Assembly (NCBI GenBank): GCA_964016885.1
Contig: OZ024749.1
Coordinates: 44,702,001 to 44,766,000, forward strand
Source: Eledone cirrhosa
Lineage: Eukaryota
Direction: 5' to 3'
DNA: 64,000 nt
Position numbers and translations under genes: made by a program. Below are positions 13,452-27,602 of this stretch, piece by piece (position 1 is the first letter of the stretch; each line of letters opens with the position of its first letter). Under the pieces are notes generated by a model, which was not told the origin of the DNA, searched no databases, and worked only from the letters and a program-made list of their open reading frames with translations.

Positions 13452-13885
13452 TTGTACATACACACAGATAGAAAGACATACAGATAGATAGGTAGATGAA
13501 GAAGAAGAGATAGGAGAAGTATTAAGAAAGGAAGGTACAAAGTAACATATATTATCTGGCTAGTAATATCATCCTTGCTATGTTGTTCCAACTAAAAGCA
13601 TGTGTGTTCATCGAAGAGCAGATTTTGAGGTGTGAGTCATCGAAACCCCCCAAATGAAAGTTACTATGTTACAGTGACAGCTGAAAAGCGCTATTAGTTG
13701 GTAATAGAACACCCAGTCAAGCACAGACACCTGAAGTATCTGAAATATAGTAAAAAATAACAACAAATAATGTTCATGTGTGTGTTTGTTTATGTATTTT
13801 TATTAAAGTCTTAGTTTTGTTTAGTTAGCAATATAATTGTTTCTAAATCACAAATACATACAAACACCCCCCTATATACATACAT

Positions 13886-13977
<92 letters not shown>

Positions 13978-13982
<5 letters not shown>

Positions 13983-14057
13983 AAGATTGAACGGGAACAA
14001 AACATGGAGGCAGTACGAACAAAGGTTTATTAGTTTCACGCTCTTGAGAGTGGGGTG

Positions 14058-14060
<3 letters not shown>
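13978..14060 (-). mobile_element. Family B end fragment
   Basis: Matches 6790-6872; (TA)n on both sides. Confidence 0.85.
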
Positions 14061-14088
<28 letters not shown>

Positions 14089-14092
<4 letters not shown>

Positions 14093-14221
14093 GATATTAA
14101 ATAAATGGAAACTATATTTATAAAACCATATTTATTTCATTATATATATTTCAGGGATATCATATTAAAAATATGTTATGCCTTCTTCAGACAAAATACA
14201 ATATAAACAGTCTTATAAATA
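14089..14221 (-). mobile_element. Family A copy with hammerhead
   Basis: Matches 2225-2357; minus-strand CTGAAGA at 14184-14190 and GAAA at 14149-14152. Confidence 0.85.
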
Positions 14222-14402
14222 GATAGATTCGCCATACCTTTCAACTTCGACTTCTATTTGAAAAGTTATATATATATATATATAAAGGGGTCGGGTGAGC
14301 AATATATATATATATATATGAATATGTATATATATATAGAAGTAGTTCCACAACAGTTAGTTCACCATACCGAGAACAAATGTTTCACTTTATGCGGATC
14401 CT

Positions 14403-14520
<118 letters not shown>

Positions 14521-15047
14521 ATATAATGTAGTAAATTTGATGAATCACTGGTGTTGGTACGTATCTAAACATTCGATGCACAGAGATATTAAGAAAAAAA
14601 AAACGATGAAGTTTCGTTTAAATTGATTATCGACCTGATACAATCTGTTGCGTTTCGTTTGATTATTCTCGGACAATCGTAAGCTTCAGTTGGTCAATAG
14701 AAGGGGAGAATACCTACTCTGCATTTTATGTTTTTCATCAGATTCGATTCTGTTGTCATGCCTTACGTTGGACGTCCAGGTTTATCGATGTAAGCATCTA
14801 GTCTGCTCCATTTTCTCTATTAATGTAGGAACGATAGAATGTGTTCATGTATCAACACATAAACATAAACTCTCATTTTGTTTTATTTAAGGTGCTCCAT
14901 TTTATGTGAGATATTTAAGTCATCACAACCCATGCTTTTGTCATGCATAGGGTGACTTCTAGCAATTAACCTTAAATATATAGGCATTCATAACCTTGGC
15001 GGGGTACATTCATTTTCGGAAATGAAGGCAGCCTATTTTCTCCCAGG

Positions 15048-15126
<79 letters not shown>

Positions 15127-18100
15127 AATGAGGAAGGAGATATAAAGGAAGAATGAAATCCAGTATTTGATTTCAACCTTTTTTCATAACCGTGAAATTT
15201 GGCCTCAGTTTGTTTTGAAATCATATTGTAAAGCGTCGGGAAAAAATACTGCAAAGCATTTTATCTGACATTGTATCGACCTTGATTCTAATTGAATATA
15301 CCGACCTTGATTCTAATTCAATAATAGTATAATACATTGAAATTTTAGTTGACACGAATATAGTGTATCTATTTAACAGATTATCTTTTATATGTAATTC
15401 ACGAATTGTAAACTCATGCCATATACAATAGGTAGTCAAATGCTAATTTCTTTTCAATTTTTATTTTAATTTTGCTCTTTTGGTTCTATTGAGCCGTGTA
15501 TTTACTAAATCTTCTTGAAATTTAACGTTTTCCACACAAAGTGTGTGGGAATGACACAAGTGAAAGGTTTCGCCCTTGTAAAATAGCCTGAGTAAATAGT
15601 ATGTTATAACTAAACAAATATGTCAAACATAACAAAACACATCTATCAGAAATACGCTCCATTGTTTAAAACAATGCGTGGTTTGCTGAGGTATAAAAGG
15701 CAATTTTAAGTGAAATTTAAATATTCGTTTTTCTTTCAGATATACTAAATCGGTTATGGTCCAAGGGAGTTTATTAATTTGTTCAGATTACTCTAATGCA
15801 TTTCGAATATTCTTTCATTGTTTGCCATCGTGTGTTCATGTGTGTCGTTTGTGTATTTCAATAGATAAAATAGATCGCACGACAATATAATACAAAAATA
15901 TAATACAAAGTTCTTAATAGAATCAACTCACCTTACGAACGTTTCGTTAGCAAGAATAAAATCAAATGATATACATAGAATTAGGCTATATAAAAATGTA
16001 TATCATCATATAGATTCAATTGTTGCCATGTTGTTAGAGATGAATGATGGCCAATATAATAGTGCTAGTGAACGAATAAAAATAAAATATGATTAATATC
16101 TATAGAGGATATAATCATATATGTTTCCTATTAAAACGTCCGTACTGGATTAAACACCAATAATCGCGAATGATTCGATCATTGTGCTTGCTTTTCCACT
16201 CTAAGATGTGATGATGCCATATACCTGACGAATAAAACATAAGAAGGGCAGGTGTTGAGTGTTCCTCGTTCCTGCCGGTCCATATAATTGGCGGCTACAT
16301 TGTAATCCATGTTTTTTTAAAAACAGAAGCTGCATTAGCTATTGCAGATCAAGATACATTATATTAAAAATAAAAGAAAATAAGATTGAATTTTGACGGC
16401 TTAAATACCTTTGAGCGTGGGTTTGTTGTATTAGGGTTGACCCGAGATTAAACCACAATAGTTAGGAGACAATGAATAACATAGTCCTAGATATATTATA
16501 CCTGAAAAAGAAAACAAAAGATGATATGTAGGCGGTTAAAACACCTTTGATCATAAGTCTGCTAGATCAGGGCTGAACAAAAACAACAACAACAGCATGA
16601 AGTAAAAATAAAACTATTTCCTTCAGAATATCCGCAACACCCAATACAAAGTAAATAAAGCGAAAATGCAAATAAATTAACCGGAAAAAAATGACACAAA
16701 ACAAAATGAAGTAAAATAAAATAAAATGAAACAAGGGAGAAAGGAATCGAGAGAGAGGAGAGGAGAGGGGAGGAGGAGAGAGTGAGTGACTAATGGCGGA
16801 AGTGGATACCAAAGAAGATGGGAGTGAAATATATGAAGATAAAAGGTGTGAGTATTATATTAGTGGTGTTGGTGGTGTGTGGGTCTGGTAATGGCAGTTT
16901 AAAATTAGGACAGTGTGTAAGTGGGTAGGTTGTATAGATGGGTAGGTACGGTAGTGATAGTAGGGAATTTGAGAACAAAGTGTGGGTGGTTTCGAACTTC
17001 GAAAGTTCGAAGCAGCGGGTGATCGGACAGGTGTTGGTGGTGGTATTGCTGGTACAAATTTGGTGGACAGACATATATTTGGATCTATGGACGGACAAAT
17101 GGCTGGACAGACTTAGGGACGGTCAGTTTTGTCAGTTTTGATACGATCTTCCGATATATATATAGTAGTTGAGGATGCAAGCGATAGAGATAGGTATAGC
17201 TAACCTGAGAGAGAAGGTATGGAAACATACTATGTTGTGTTTTTGTATTTGTGACTGTGTGTGTGTATGTGTGTGTTATATATTGGGGGATTACTGTGTG
17301 AGTAAAGCCCGATGTTGATGATTTGACAATAAAACAGGTAGATAGTTAACAAGATTTGACGTGTCCAGCGTCCTTAGCCGGCAGCAGCTAGTCAGCTAGT
17401 CAGCCAAGCAGCCAAGCAGCTAAGCAGCCAAACCGTAAAACAAGCCTTGCTGGAAACCAGACCGATAACATCGCTCTGCTGATTAGACATGTTAAGCTGC
17501 TGGCGCTCATACCATAGGGGTCGGATGACCCCCCTAAGTGTGTAAAGAGAATGTTGTGTGGAATGATAATCGTATTCATTAAGCAGACTGTACCTGTCTG
17601 CTGAAATTGTCACGATGGACAGGTAGTCTGAACGGTGACCTTAATACCTTAATCGAGAGGTCACTTGTCTCGCCTGAAATATATGGTGCCATCAGTTGGT
17701 CAACTTGTGTATCTTTGGATTAACGTGGAAAATGATAAAATAGAAAAACTCAAATTTCTTAAAGACTGAGGGCTTTACAATATTTACTGCATAGAGCCTT
17801 AAGAAACTTTATGAATATATATAGATATTGTGCTCTTTATATAATGTTTGTTGATAGCCCCTGTAAAATCTTATAACTGTGAACGGAATAAAAAAATCAC
17901 AGGAAATGTCCCTCTTTGTAAAGGAAAAAAATTCGACCCAGATTTAACGCTTTTAGTGTTTTGTGTTTTATTGTTTCCTGTATTTTTTCCCTGTAAGATT
18001 CTATTAGTCTATATATGACACTTGTTTTTAGTTATTTTCCTCTTCACATCCAATTGATTTAGCAGGAAATATATATAACTGAGTTTGTAAATTCAAATGT

Positions 18101-18316
18101 TTACTATTATATAGATCGGTATAAAATATTACAAAACGGGTTATTATTAATAAAGTATGGCCTTCTTAAAAGTTCAATTATGTTAAGATATCGTCTTTAA
18201 ATGTTTTAATCCATCGTACTATTACTGGTAAACGACCACAGCAGGGCCGATTTATTTTCGAAATTAGCTTCGCTATCATTAAACCCCGAATTCGCTCCCA
18301 AAGTGTAGCATCTTGA

Positions 18317-18490
18317 GTTTCCAAGGATGGTTAAAGAAGATTAGTCCAGCCTTCAAAAGCATGCTTGCTGGGAACAGCAAGAACCCTCCGATACGTCCTG
18401 AATGTCTGAGGCTGCAGGTAGCGGCTTGATATTCATTTCAACAAACTTTCCAGTTAAATAACATCAATGACTGATATTCATAGAACAATA
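18317..18490 (+). mobile_element. Short 3' fragment of the Dong/R4-like LINE
   Basis: Reverse complement match to 61075-61260 with an internal deletion; ends in (AAT)n. Confidence 0.85.
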
Positions 18491-18502
18491 ATAATAATAA
18501 TA

Positions 18503-18690
18503 GTTCCTACTTGTGGCACAAGGCCAGCAATTACCCCAGTGCATTACTGGTGCTTTATTATATCGACGCCGTAAGGATGAATGGCAAAGTTAACCCCGGC
18601 GGGATTTGAACTCAGAGCGTAAAGGGCCGTAAGTCCAAGCTGCAAAGCAAGCCGTCCGACCCTCTACCGATACTGCCAATCCACCGCCCT
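18503..18690 (-). mobile_element. SINE S1
   Basis: Full-length reverse complement copy. Confidence 0.9.
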
Positions 18691-18701
18691 AATAGAAATA
18701 A

Positions 18702-18810
18702 TAATTGTTTCTACTTTTGTCAGAATTACCCAGTGTATTACTGGTACTTTATTTTATCGACCCCGTAAGGATGAAAGGCAAAGTTAACCTCGGCGGGATT
18801 TGAACTCATA
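18702..18810 (-). mobile_element. SINE S1, partial
   Basis: Core and B-box on the minus strand. Confidence 0.85.
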
Positions 18811-19217
18811 ATGGAAAAGGCCTAATAGTAATAATAATAATCATAAAAATGATGATGATGATGATGATGATAATAATAATAATGATAATAATATGTATAA
18901 TGATGATGATGATGATGATTTAAATAATAAGAAGTATAAGAAGAATATATAAATAAAAGTCCCTTTACTATGTCAGTGTTTGCGTTTCAATTACAAGTTG
19001 GTTCCTCCTTTATCTTCCAGCTTTGCCATTAGCAGTGTTTACACTTTTTCTCACAGATATATTGGTTATCCCTCTTATTTCCTTCACAAACTACTTCACG
19101 CATTAAACTTGATTATAAATAATACTTAAAATTGACCCTCCACACACCCCACCACACTACCACATCATTTACTCTCTTTCATTCTCTCTCTCTCTCTCTC
19201 TGTATGTATATATATAT

Positions 19218-19298
<81 letters not shown>

Positions 19299-19316
19299 AA
19301 TATATATATATTTATG

Positions 19317-19365
<49 letters not shown>

Positions 19366-19408
19366 ATGTATATATATATACATATATATATATGTGTGTG
19401 TATGTATA

Positions 19409-19448
<40 letters not shown>

Positions 19449-19493
19449 TATATATATATGTGTGTATGTGTGTATATATATATGTATATAGGT

Positions 19494-19547
<54 letters not shown>

Positions 19548-19745
19548 CGTCTAATACCTATATATGTGTGTGTGTGTGTGAGTCTGTAAATATACATATT
19601 CATCTAATACAGACGTCTGCTAAAAAAATTACGCAGAGAGAGAGGGGGGGGGAGAGAGGGAGAGAGGGAGAGGGATAGAATGAGAGAGAGACTTGGTGTA
19701 GATGGGACACACAGACAGACAGGAAAAATGTGAGAAAGACAGAGT

Positions 19746-19800
<55 letters not shown>

Positions 19801-19914
19801 AGAGATAATATATATAGATATATGTATATAAATATATATATATACTATATATATATATATATATATAATATAAGATCAAAAGATGGTTAAAAGAGTTCCA
19901 AGTTGGTTATCCTA

Positions 19915-19953
<39 letters not shown>

Positions 19954-20218
19954 GTATACATATATTTATATATTTAACTCTCTGTCTCTCTCTCTCACTC
20001 TCTAATCGTCTTTATCTCTTAAATTTATTCTGTGTGTCTCAAAATATCCCTTCCTCTCTCTCTATCTCTCTCGCTCTCTCTCTCCCCCCTCTTTCTCTCC
20101 CTCCCTCACTCTCTCTATCTATCTCTATGTGCATTATTTTCTCACCAGATGTCTGTATTAGATGAGTGTATATATTCACACACGCACACAAATAGAAATG
20201 TATGCGTATATATATAGG

Positions 20219-20292
<74 letters not shown>

Positions 20293-21637
20293 CGCTTTGT
20301 ATGTGTGAGTGTGCCTACAAATATAACTACATTAATAATAGTGAACATATACGAATTTAAAAGTGACTATATTTATAAAAAAAAACACAACCATTATATA
20401 TCCTTCATGAAGGATATATTTTCAATTTATATTACAGCACAACATGTAAAGGAAAATACTGATTGCAGTAGATGTTGTATAGTAAAGTTGACAAACGGTC
20501 CTCTAGATAGTAATGAACAGTTGAACTACAGATCTTAATGTTACCGAAGCCACTTCAATACACAATATCGTGCTCGAAAGTCTCCAAAAGTTTGTAATTC
20601 TAAACGAAACGAAATGATTACTTCGTACAATGGCAGATGGCGAACTGCTTGATTCGTTGTTATATTGGAAATAGCCTTGCTTTATTTCTTCCGGATCGTT
20701 AGTATAAAAGATCAAGTCCCACAGAGGTCAACTTTATATTTTTTATATCATTTTGGTCGATATACTAATGTGCTACTTGTGAATCGTAGGAATTGTTATA
20801 TAGTCAAAAGTAGTGACTGACAAAATCTTCTCAAGTTTGTTTTAGTTCTGAATTATTGAATTATAGATTTAATCAGTTGCATGGTTTAACAGAACCACGT
20901 GGTACTTGTGTGATTTTAACGAAAATTGTTTTTTTTTGCTGGTGGTTTGGTCCTGCGACAAAGAAGAAGAGCCCTTAAAAATTTGTAATATGTATCGGCA
21001 TTCTACGATACTAAATCAAGCAAAATAATTGAATCGTTTAAATATCTATCTCTATCCTGCCTCCCCTAAAATCATTTTATTTCCCTGCAGATCTACGTTT
21101 TTTTCAAACAAACCTATGATCAAATATATTGATATTAAGATAATTCTCTCACTTTTAGATTATGTAGACATTCGTAATCTAATATGTCCTTCCTTAAGAT
21201 ACGTGATCTCATAGTAAACGTTAAAGGTACACGTACCAGTATCATGATCATAATTATTGTGCAATATATTTTATGTATGAAGAAAATATTATATTGTGTA
21301 AATCTGAGCAGGAATATATGACACGGATATAGAATGGTTGACTTCCGATTTTGCTTTATATTTGCTTTCTATCGTAAATAATTGAAAACCTGAATATTGA
21401 GAAAACATAAGTAAAATAAAATATAAGGGAACAAACAAACGAAACATAAATAAATATATAAATGTAGTTAAACAAATATCTAGAGTCTAAAAGAGGATTT
21501 TCCTCATGGAGAGAATGCCAGAAAAAATGTTAATATATATATTTATATTTACACGACACTTCAGTAAGATAAATAGAACACCAGTGTAGTCAAGGAACAA
21601 AACCACCTGATGAAATATATATATATAGGTATATGTG

Positions 21638-21708
<71 letters not shown>

Positions 21709-21753
21709 TTATATGTTTGTGTGCGTGCTTGCGGGTGTGTGTATATATCTATG

Positions 21754-21814
<61 letters not shown>

Positions 21815-21863
21815 GTATATATGCATGTATATACATATATATATATGTGTGTGTGTGTGTATG

Positions 21864-21958
<95 letters not shown>

Positions 21959-21995
21959 TTATATGTATATGTGAGAGAGTGTGTATGTAAGTGTC

Positions 21996-22044
<49 letters not shown>

Positions 22045-22209
22045 GAATTCTGAAATTACGTCTATGATGTTTTGGAGCCTCTGAAATGAAGAGGAGAGGT
22101 GAATAAACTAAATACCTATATCTTACTTCTTGGTAACCTAATAGGAAATGTCTTGTAAGTACGTCTGGAATGTTTCGTTTCTTTTGACATTATTAACTTC
22201 ATTATTGGT

Positions 22210-22402
22210 AGGGAGTGGATTGGCAGTATCGGTAGAGGGTCGGACGCCATGCTTTGACGCATAGAGTTACGTCCCTTGCCATTCTGAGTTCAAATCCCAC
22301 CGAGGTTAACTTCGTCTTTCATCCTTACGGGGTCGATAAAATATAGTACCAGTCATGCACTGGGTAATTGTTGGCCTTGTGCCAAAAGTAGAAACAATTA
22401 TT
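22210..22402 (+). mobile_element. SINE S1
   Basis: Full-length copy. Confidence 0.9.
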
Positions 22403-22438
22403 GAAACTAAATTAGAACAAACGACCGCAATATGATTT

Positions 22439-22970
22439 TTACCCAACCAATTCGTTACCATATTTCTGATGAAATAAAATTCGTATGTACCTATGTTATT
22501 TGTAGGGTGTGGACGACACTAAAGTAAACAGAACAACCCTGTACATATTATTGGTAGGGAGTGGGTGATGATAATGTGAAAGAAACACTCGGAGTATATT
22601 TTGTATTTAACCCATTCGTTACCACATTTCTGATGAAATACAACTCCTATGTACATATTATTGATAGGGAGTGGATAATAAAGTAAACCAAACGCCCATG
22701 TACAGTACTTAACCCATTTGTTGCAATATTTCTGATTAAATACAAGACCTATGTACATATTATTGGTAGGGAGTGGAGTACACTAAAGTAAAATAAATGC
22801 CCGGAATATAAATTGTATTTAACCCTTTCGTCATCACATTTATGATGAAATACAACACCTATGGACATATTGTTGGTAGGGAGTGGATGATAAAATAAAA
22901 CGCCCATGTACAGTACTTAACCCATTTGTAGTAATATTTCTCCTGAAATAAAATTCATATGTATATTCAA
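22439..22970 (+). repeat. Diverged tandem repeat, about 100-110 bp unit starting TTAACCC
   Basis: TTAACCC at 22607, 22709, 22819 and 22917, each followed by ATTT.TGAT.AAATA and CCTATG.ACATATT.TTG.TAGGGAGTGG. Confidence 0.85.
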
Positions 22971-23188
22971 ACTTATTTGAATTATTTCCAATTAATTTTG
23001 TAGATAATCAAGAATTTGAACGAAGTTACTTCAATACATAACCACATTATTAAGCTGATTTCTAGTACATATCTTGGCAAAAATATGGCCCATAATATAT
23101 TTATGATTTTAGTATAAAACCTCGAAACAAGAGGTTTAAAACCATACAATTGGACCGATTTAGGACGGGTTGGTGTTAAGTTTTTAAC
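22917..23188. mobile_element. Degenerate piggyBac-like MITE
   Basis: Starts TTAACCC and ends near GGGTTGGTGTTAA..TTAA; right terminal repeat eroded. Confidence 0.35.
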
Positions 23189-23469
23189 ATGCTCTCTCCC
23201 TCTCTCTCCCCCCCCCTCTCTCTCTCTCTCTCTCTCGCATCACTTATTCCTCTCTCTCCACTACTTCTCCCTCTCTTCCTTGCTCTCCTTCTTTTCTCTC
23301 GCTTTCTCATTCACTTTCACACATTCATCATTCATAGTCTATGAAATGGTGAGGAATATAGAATTGTGTGACGTATTAGACATAGTATTCTGGTTGTTTC
23401 TATCAACTTAACAGCCTAGCTGTTCATTTCTAGATCAAATGGCTGACCATTCCACGGACAAGTATGCTC

Positions 23470-23585
23470 TTAACGCAGTTCTCGTGAGATTCAGCATGAT
23501 ACAGTGTGTGACAAGGCTGATACTCTGATATACAGACATAAAATATTGTTGTTATCCTAGTGGACTAAAGCAACTTATTTCAAAC
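23470..23585 (-). mobile_element. Degenerate S2-type SINE body
   Basis: Shares GTTCTC..GAGATTCAG....ACA..GTGTGACA with 31975-32030 and TGTGACAAG.CTG with 27070-27095. Confidence 0.45.
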
Positions 23586-23753
23586 TATCGAAAGAATGTT
23601 GTGTAAAAGTTGCATTCGCATTAGAAACACAATCAATGTACATGGACATGTAAATATATCACATATATTCACATGCGCACGATGTATACATATCTACCTA
23701 CATATATATATATACATGTTTGTACGTATGTATATGTATATATGTACATATGT

Positions 23754-23865
<112 letters not shown>

Positions 23866-23880
23866 ACCTATATATACACG

Positions 23881-23928
<48 letters not shown>

Positions 23929-24052
23929 GTAGGAGGTGAGTTTTATTGTAGTACAATAAAGCAATGCAGATATCGGATAAGAAGCACTCTACAGTTTGTA
24001 GGACTGGAGTATGCATAATATAAGATCAAAAGATGGTTAAAGGAGTTCCATG

Positions 24053-24122
24053 TATTTTATTATGCGCATTTCAAAACAAACATCATCATGCAATAATATT
24101 TGTGTTTTCATCAGATAAAACA
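24053..24122 (-). ncRNA. Type I hammerhead (family F, left arm)
   Basis: TGTTTTAT-CTGATGA-stem II-GAAA-TGCGCA-TA-ATAAAATA; 8 bp stem I, palindromic ATGCGCAT stem III. Confidence 0.8.
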
Positions 24123-24233
24123 GGAGAACATGATATGAAGGCTAAAAAAACACTTGTGGATAGTGCAGTTAGATATGTTGATTTAAAACTGCACTATCCA
24201 CAAGTGTTTTTTAGCCTTCATATCATGTTCTCC

Positions 24234-24304
24234 TGTTTTTTCTGATGAAAACACAAATATTATTGCATGATGATGTTTGTTTTTGAAATGCGCATAATAA
24301 AATA
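24234..24304 (+). ncRNA. Type I hammerhead (family F, right arm)
   Basis: CTGATGA 24242-24248, GAAA 24285-24288, TGCGCA, predicted cleavage after 24296. Confidence 0.8.
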
Positions 24305-24339
24305 CATGGAACTCCTTTAACCATCTTTTGATCTTATAT

Positions 24340-24370
<31 letters not shown>

Positions 24371-24441
24371 ACATAGAGTGGTGGAAAATTTGTAAAATAT
24401 TCACCCATAAAGAGACACATAGATACATATAAACAGAGAGT

Positions 24442-24519
<78 letters not shown>

Positions 24520-24653
24520 AAGATATGTGTCTGTCATGTGTGTGCCTGTATATAAATACTTACCTATATTCCCAACCTATTTGAGATAATACAGGATTAA
24601 AGAGAAAAAATCGAGAGAGACCTGGAATGCTGGAGAGAGAGAGATAGATAGAG

Positions 24654-24729
<76 letters not shown>

Positions 24730-24969
24730 TATGTATGTCTGTATGTGTGGTGTACGTTAATCATTATGTGTAATAGAAAAAAAAATAGAATGGTGTAGGA
24801 TGTGGACTCGATAGCGGAGTGTTGAGCCGTGATGTGAATCGTAAGGAGGTACTCTACATACAGCTAGCTACTCAATCAACATGACATAGACACTAATAAG
24901 CTTAATGTCCGTTCACCCATTAGATCTTTTACCGAACCTATCATACTTCTCTCAACTTACTGTTTGTTT

Positions 24970-25082
<113 letters not shown>

Positions 25083-25136
25083 ATTATACGTAGATAGTTT
25101 CACATAACACATACTCACACACACACAAATATAAAG

Positions 25137-25203
<67 letters not shown>

Positions 25204-25205
25204 TA

Positions 25206-25239
<34 letters not shown>

Positions 25240-25268
25240 CATATATATGTATATATACATATATATAC

Positions 25269-25301
<33 letters not shown>

Positions 25302-25336
25302 ATATACACACACAAAGATATATATATATATATGTG

Positions 25337-25455
<119 letters not shown>

Positions 25456-25474
25456 GTATCTAGTATCCTGGTGC

Positions 25475-25514
25475 GTTATGGTGCAACTGGTTCCTTACCA
25501 CACCTCCTTTGTTA
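25475..25514 (+). mobile_element. Family E terminal fragment
   Basis: GGTGCGTTATGGT.CA.CTGGTTCCTTACCACA matches 40966-41010. Confidence 0.75.
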
Positions 25515-25553
25515 TATATATATATATATATATATCTTTGTGTGTGTGTATAT

Positions 25554-25587
<34 letters not shown>

Positions 25588-25645
25588 TGTATATATATGT
25601 ATATATACATATATATGTATATATATATATGTATATATATATATA

Positions 25646-25725
<80 letters not shown>

Positions 25726-26355
25726 CTGAATTGGTCTCGGATGCGTATAACAGTCCCAGTTTTTAAACTCTATAGGTAGCACTATACAACCAATGTCTCA
25801 GTCCAGAGAATGTTGGTTTATATACTCTAAAGTAATCTAAAACAAGCCAAATCTAGGCTACATATTTCTATACGCGAGATATAAAACCTGTACGTTAACC
25901 TCTTCGTGTACTTTTCTCACTAAGTTTAAAATTATATATTTATTAAAATCAGTTATTTCGTTCGTTTAAAGAAGTTAAAAAAATTCTTTACTGGATGAAG
26001 AATAAATTAAATCAGAGTATAAGTCCGTGTGAGTATTGTCTCTTTACTAATGCGCATTGACACACACACACACATATATAATTGTGCCTGTGTGTATACG
26101 TGGCTACGTGCGTATATAGGTGCGTGTGAATATGTTGGCTCTTATAAACCCACATACTTACAGGTATAGATGTATAAAAGAGCCATACATATATACAGAC
26201 ATACTTTCCCTCTCATTTCTAATTCATTGAACCTAATTTATCCTTTGGTTGTAGGCATGATCCCCTTACTGACTTCACCTCTAATATTCTCTCTCCATAT
26301 TCACCTGTATATCTTTCTATGTATCTTTCTATCTATATTTATACCTATCTATGTA

Positions 26356-26442
<87 letters not shown>

Positions 26443-26451
26443 ATATATAAC

Positions 26452-26763
26452 AAAGGAATGGCCCGTGTGAATGGGCCTTCACTCTACATCAGACTATAGG
26501 TGAGGAAGATGAAAGACCAAGGGAGCACCCCTTCTCTGTGCTCCTGAGGAGAAGGGTTGCACACTTTTTTCGGGGGTGTGTGCGATCCCCCAAGGCGCCT
26601 CCTCTCTATTGAGGACTTTGTTATAAATTTTATTTTTTGTTATATTTTATTTTATTTTTATATATTGTTATTGCCTCCTCCTTATTGAGGACGCCTTGTT
26701 TTGTAAACTCCCCCCATTGTACTTGTCCCACTTTTGATGCCCTGGTGGCAAATAAAAGAAACA
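26452..26763 (+). mobile_element. Tx1/L1-like 3' end, short copy
   Basis: Homologous to 35262-35535 (last codons MARVNGPSLYIRL*, 3' UTR, AATAAA); (CTAT)n on both sides. Confidence 0.8.
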
Positions 26764-26826
<63 letters not shown>

Positions 26827-27252
26827 GTTTATCGGTTATTCTGGAGATACCAATGAGCAGTGTGTCTTTTATCATATTTCTTCTCGGGAATAACGGGTCT
26901 CAATAACACTAAGAGTCACAACAGCAGCAGCAACAAGAACAATAACAATCGCAACAGAAACAGAAACAGGAGCAACAAATCGATGGAATAGACATCCGTA
27001 TGTTGCTAAACATTGCTTACACGTGTGTAACATTAACGTAATACCCAGGAAAATAAAGCTTGGCAGGCTCTGTGACAAGACTGGCCCTTTGAATTGCTGA
27101 CGAAATCTATCAAGTGAAATTCTAAACAGTTTCCGTCTAACAGGTTTCACTCACCAGGCATCAGTTGACCCGAGACTATGATTAATGACGCTTATCCATT
27201 ATGCCATGCAGTGGGATCGAAATCGGGACCTAATGATTGCATAGCAAATCTC

Positions 27253-27470
27253 CAATTGTTTCTACTTTAGGCATAAGGCCAGCAATTTGAAGGGGAGGAG
27301 AAAGTGGATTAAATCGACAACAGTGCATTATTGCTGCTTTATTTTATTGACCTCGTAGGGATGAAATGCAAAGCTAACCTCGACGGGATTTGAACTCAGA
27401 ATGTAAAGGGCTATAACTCTATGCTGCAAAACATGTTGTCTGATGCTCTTCCGATACTGCCAATCCACCG
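27253..27470 (-). mobile_element. SINE S1, longer variant
   Basis: S1 head, core and tail with an extra block of about 30 bp before the tail. Confidence 0.85.
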
Positions 27471-27602
27471 CATCCACAATATAATTTGTAGGATGATGAA
27501 AACACCGAGTTGCAGTTAAAACGCGTCTCAGATGCTGGATCATTCTGTCTAACAAGGATGAGTGGAGCTCAGTACATATAGAAATAAAATCCATACAAAC
27601 CA

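Larger units (their letters stand above)
24015..24342. mobile_element. Fold-back element, hammerhead family F
   Basis: 156 bp arms 24015-24170 and 24187-24342 with 16 nt loop; end fragments also at 19866-19900 and 62057-62090. Confidence 0.9.

Noticed and set aside
17619-17633. 15 nt identity to part of vertebrate miR-199-5p on the minus strand (from memory)
   Set aside because: Seed region does not match and the family is not expected in this lineage; likely chance.
22630-22680. CTGATGA in the tandem repeat units as hammerheads
   Set aside because: No correctly placed GAAA, stem III or UH site.
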